From Camelus ferus (taxonomy: Eukaryota), in the NCBI RefSeq assembly GCF_009834535.1, contig NC_045696.1, positions 92,132,001 to 92,196,000 of the forward strand: a stretch of 64,000 nucleotides of DNA, given 5' to 3'. Each line of letters opens with the position of its first letter. The stretch's first letter is position 1. Below the pieces are notes generated by a model that searched no databases, was not told where the DNA came from, and saw only the letters and a list, made by a program, of their open reading frames with translations. Shown in pieces: positions 61,830 to 64,000 of this stretch. A program made the position numbers and the translations under genes.

Positions 61830-63097
61830 TAAGAGAAAGATATACTGGTTAATATGTAAAATAATTACCTGTACTACCAAGCTAATACGTCATAAAATAC
61901 ATATCATGGCACCCAGATCTTGACTTCAATATACTAATCCCCTTTAAAAGGAACCAGGGTACCTTAGAGAAGTGGCTGATTACAGGGCTGGAGAAAGCAC
62001 ATCTGAGCTTGGAATACCTTGGTGCTGGGAAGCAAAAGTCTTTAAAAAAAAAAAAGAAGAAGAAGAAGAAGAAGGAGGAGACATGCCTAAAGGACACAGA
62101 AGACATGTCAAAGATGCTTCAAGTGGCCAGGTTGGGGATCACTGTAACAGCAAAATAAATGATAGTAATGAATCATAAATCATAGAATAAAATCAGAATC
62201 CATGAGCTCCAGGGGAACTGATGTAAATGATTGAATAAAATTATTCAATGATAGAATAAATAAATTAAGAAGGGGAGAAGGGAAAGCTCTTCCTTACAGT
62301 AGAATGCCAGCTAAAAAATATAGGCAGTATGATGGAAGTGAAAATGACCATTCGGCAAACACCACAGTACTAGTTTCAGGCAAGAATCATTGAAGAGCGC
62401 TAAATTAAGTAGGCAAAAGTGTGATGAAAAACAAGATATTTGCATATTTTCAAAATGTCTCTCCCAAAGATACTCACATATCTACACACGTACCTAATAT
62501 ATACTAAAGGAAAAATAGTAACTTTATAATGGAGAAACCTGGTAGGTATCACCTTAACCAAGAGAGCAAAGTTAACATGACCTCAGTAATGGAAAAAAGA
62601 GGCAGTATGAACCTCCTGACATGATACAGCAAAAGGACACGTCATCATTTCTGTGGTACTCCTGCCAAAAATGCCTACCCTGAATTTAATCACTAATAAA
62701 CATCTGGAAAACAACTGAGGGACATTACGCAATATAACTGGCTAATGGTCTTTTAAAGTGTCAAAATTATGAAAAAGAAAAAGTGAGGAACTGATCCAGC
62801 TTAAAGGAGACCAAAGACACATCACAACGAATTGCAACATGTGATTTTGAGTTGAATTTGGACCAGAAAAGGATATTAGTGGGACAATTGGACAAATATG
62901 AGTACAATTCATAGGTTACATAATATTACTGTGTCATGTTAATTTCCAGATTTTGATACTTACACAATAGTTAAGTGAGATGTTAACACCTGGGGGATTC
63001 TGGGTGATGGGTATAGAGGAATCTTCTGTACTATTTTAGCTACTTTTCAGTGTCTGAAATTGTATCAGTGGTTAGTTTAAAAAAAAAAAAGAAAAAC
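61830..63097 (+). mobile_element. L1MC/L1MD-like 3' region (about 1.3 kb)
   Basis: aaaaggaaccagggtacctt...gtaactttataatggagaaacctgg...caccttaaccaag...ttaaaggagaccaaagacac...ggaccagaaaaggatattagtgggaca, ending in an A-run. Confidence 0.75.
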
Positions 63098-64000
63098 TAA
63101 AACATATACAGTGAATAGAAATTTAAAAATAATAAGGTATAAAATAAAGGGAAATTATGTTTTCTTCTTATTCTGCAGTGGGTTATCTGGCACAGCCTGT
63201 GTTGGATGCCACTGAGGGAAGGGGTCTGGCTCAGTATTGCTTGCTTAGGAAATAGTGGGTGGGTCTCTGGTGCTGGCATGTTTCTGGAGGATGTAGTGAG
63301 TGATGGGTTGGCTTATGATCATGGAATCTTGGGTAGGAAAACTAGCACTGATTATGTATTTCTAAACTTCCAGGACTGTGCCTGGACTTGTCAGTAACAT
63401 GGTTAATATTGACAACTCAATACCATTGGCATTTTTATCCAGTTTGTGTGTATGTGTGTGGTTATTGTTTTAATCTTGAGCTTTGTCAAAGAAACAAATG
63501 CACAATGTTTAAAGAGTTGATGCCAAAAGGCTTGTTAAAAAAAAAACAAAAAACAGCAGTGTTTTGACTCTGCCTGCACCCCAGAGATGGTAACCACTTC
63601 CAACATATGCAGCTGTTTATGCTGATACTAATCTCTAGATTTCTCAATAATATGCATGCATTACTCTCTTGGCCCAGCTTTTTAAGACATAATCCATTGA
63701 CCTTCTGTGCAGTGAGGGTTTTAGCTCCTGCTTATACACCATTCTGTCTTCAGTATCTTCCCAATATATTCACATCTGTTTAAGGTTAAAATCATATTCT
63801 GTGTGCTCATTTCAATGACAGCATGCTTAGTGTCCACTGCTGAGCAGAGTAGTTTACAATGACTACATTTCCCTTCTTCAATAACTTTTCGTTTTCCTTT
63901 AGTTGACAATTGCTTCATTAACTTAGTTTTACTTGAAGCTAGAGTTAAATCTTCCTATACTTTGTGCATATGTTATTTTCTCCGTGGTCAAGCTTGTGAG

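Overview
Mammalian genomic DNA, most likely a camelid (inferred from short tRNA-Ala-derived SINEs and artiodactyl-type L1 3' ends). It comes from a draft assembly with three N gaps. Two convergent protein-coding genes are present. SSR3 (TRAP gamma) is complete on the + strand: 5 coding exons, 10123-21482, 558 nt = 185 aa + stop, a CpG-island promoter and a U12-type last intron. KCNAB1 (Kv beta-1, aldo-keto reductase fold) is represented by its last six coding exons on the - strand (48914 down to stop at 29075). Its next upstream exon was not found, so that intron runs past 64000. The rest is intronic or intergenic DNA with ancient (MIR, L2, MER5, MER21, MLT1, L1M) and younger (L1, tRNA-SINE) repeats. 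I see no support for a wholly new multi-gene system. The best leads are a +1 G in the penultimate KCNAB1 exon that creates an immediate TGA (real allele or homopolymer error), the unusual splicing architecture of SSR3, a cluster of XBP1/CREB3L-type motifs with a perfect 22-bp promoter duplication, RBFOX motifs in the KCNAB1 3'UTR, and a CTCF site plus an L1 between the two 3' ends. Repeat family names and boundaries were recognised by eye and are approximate.
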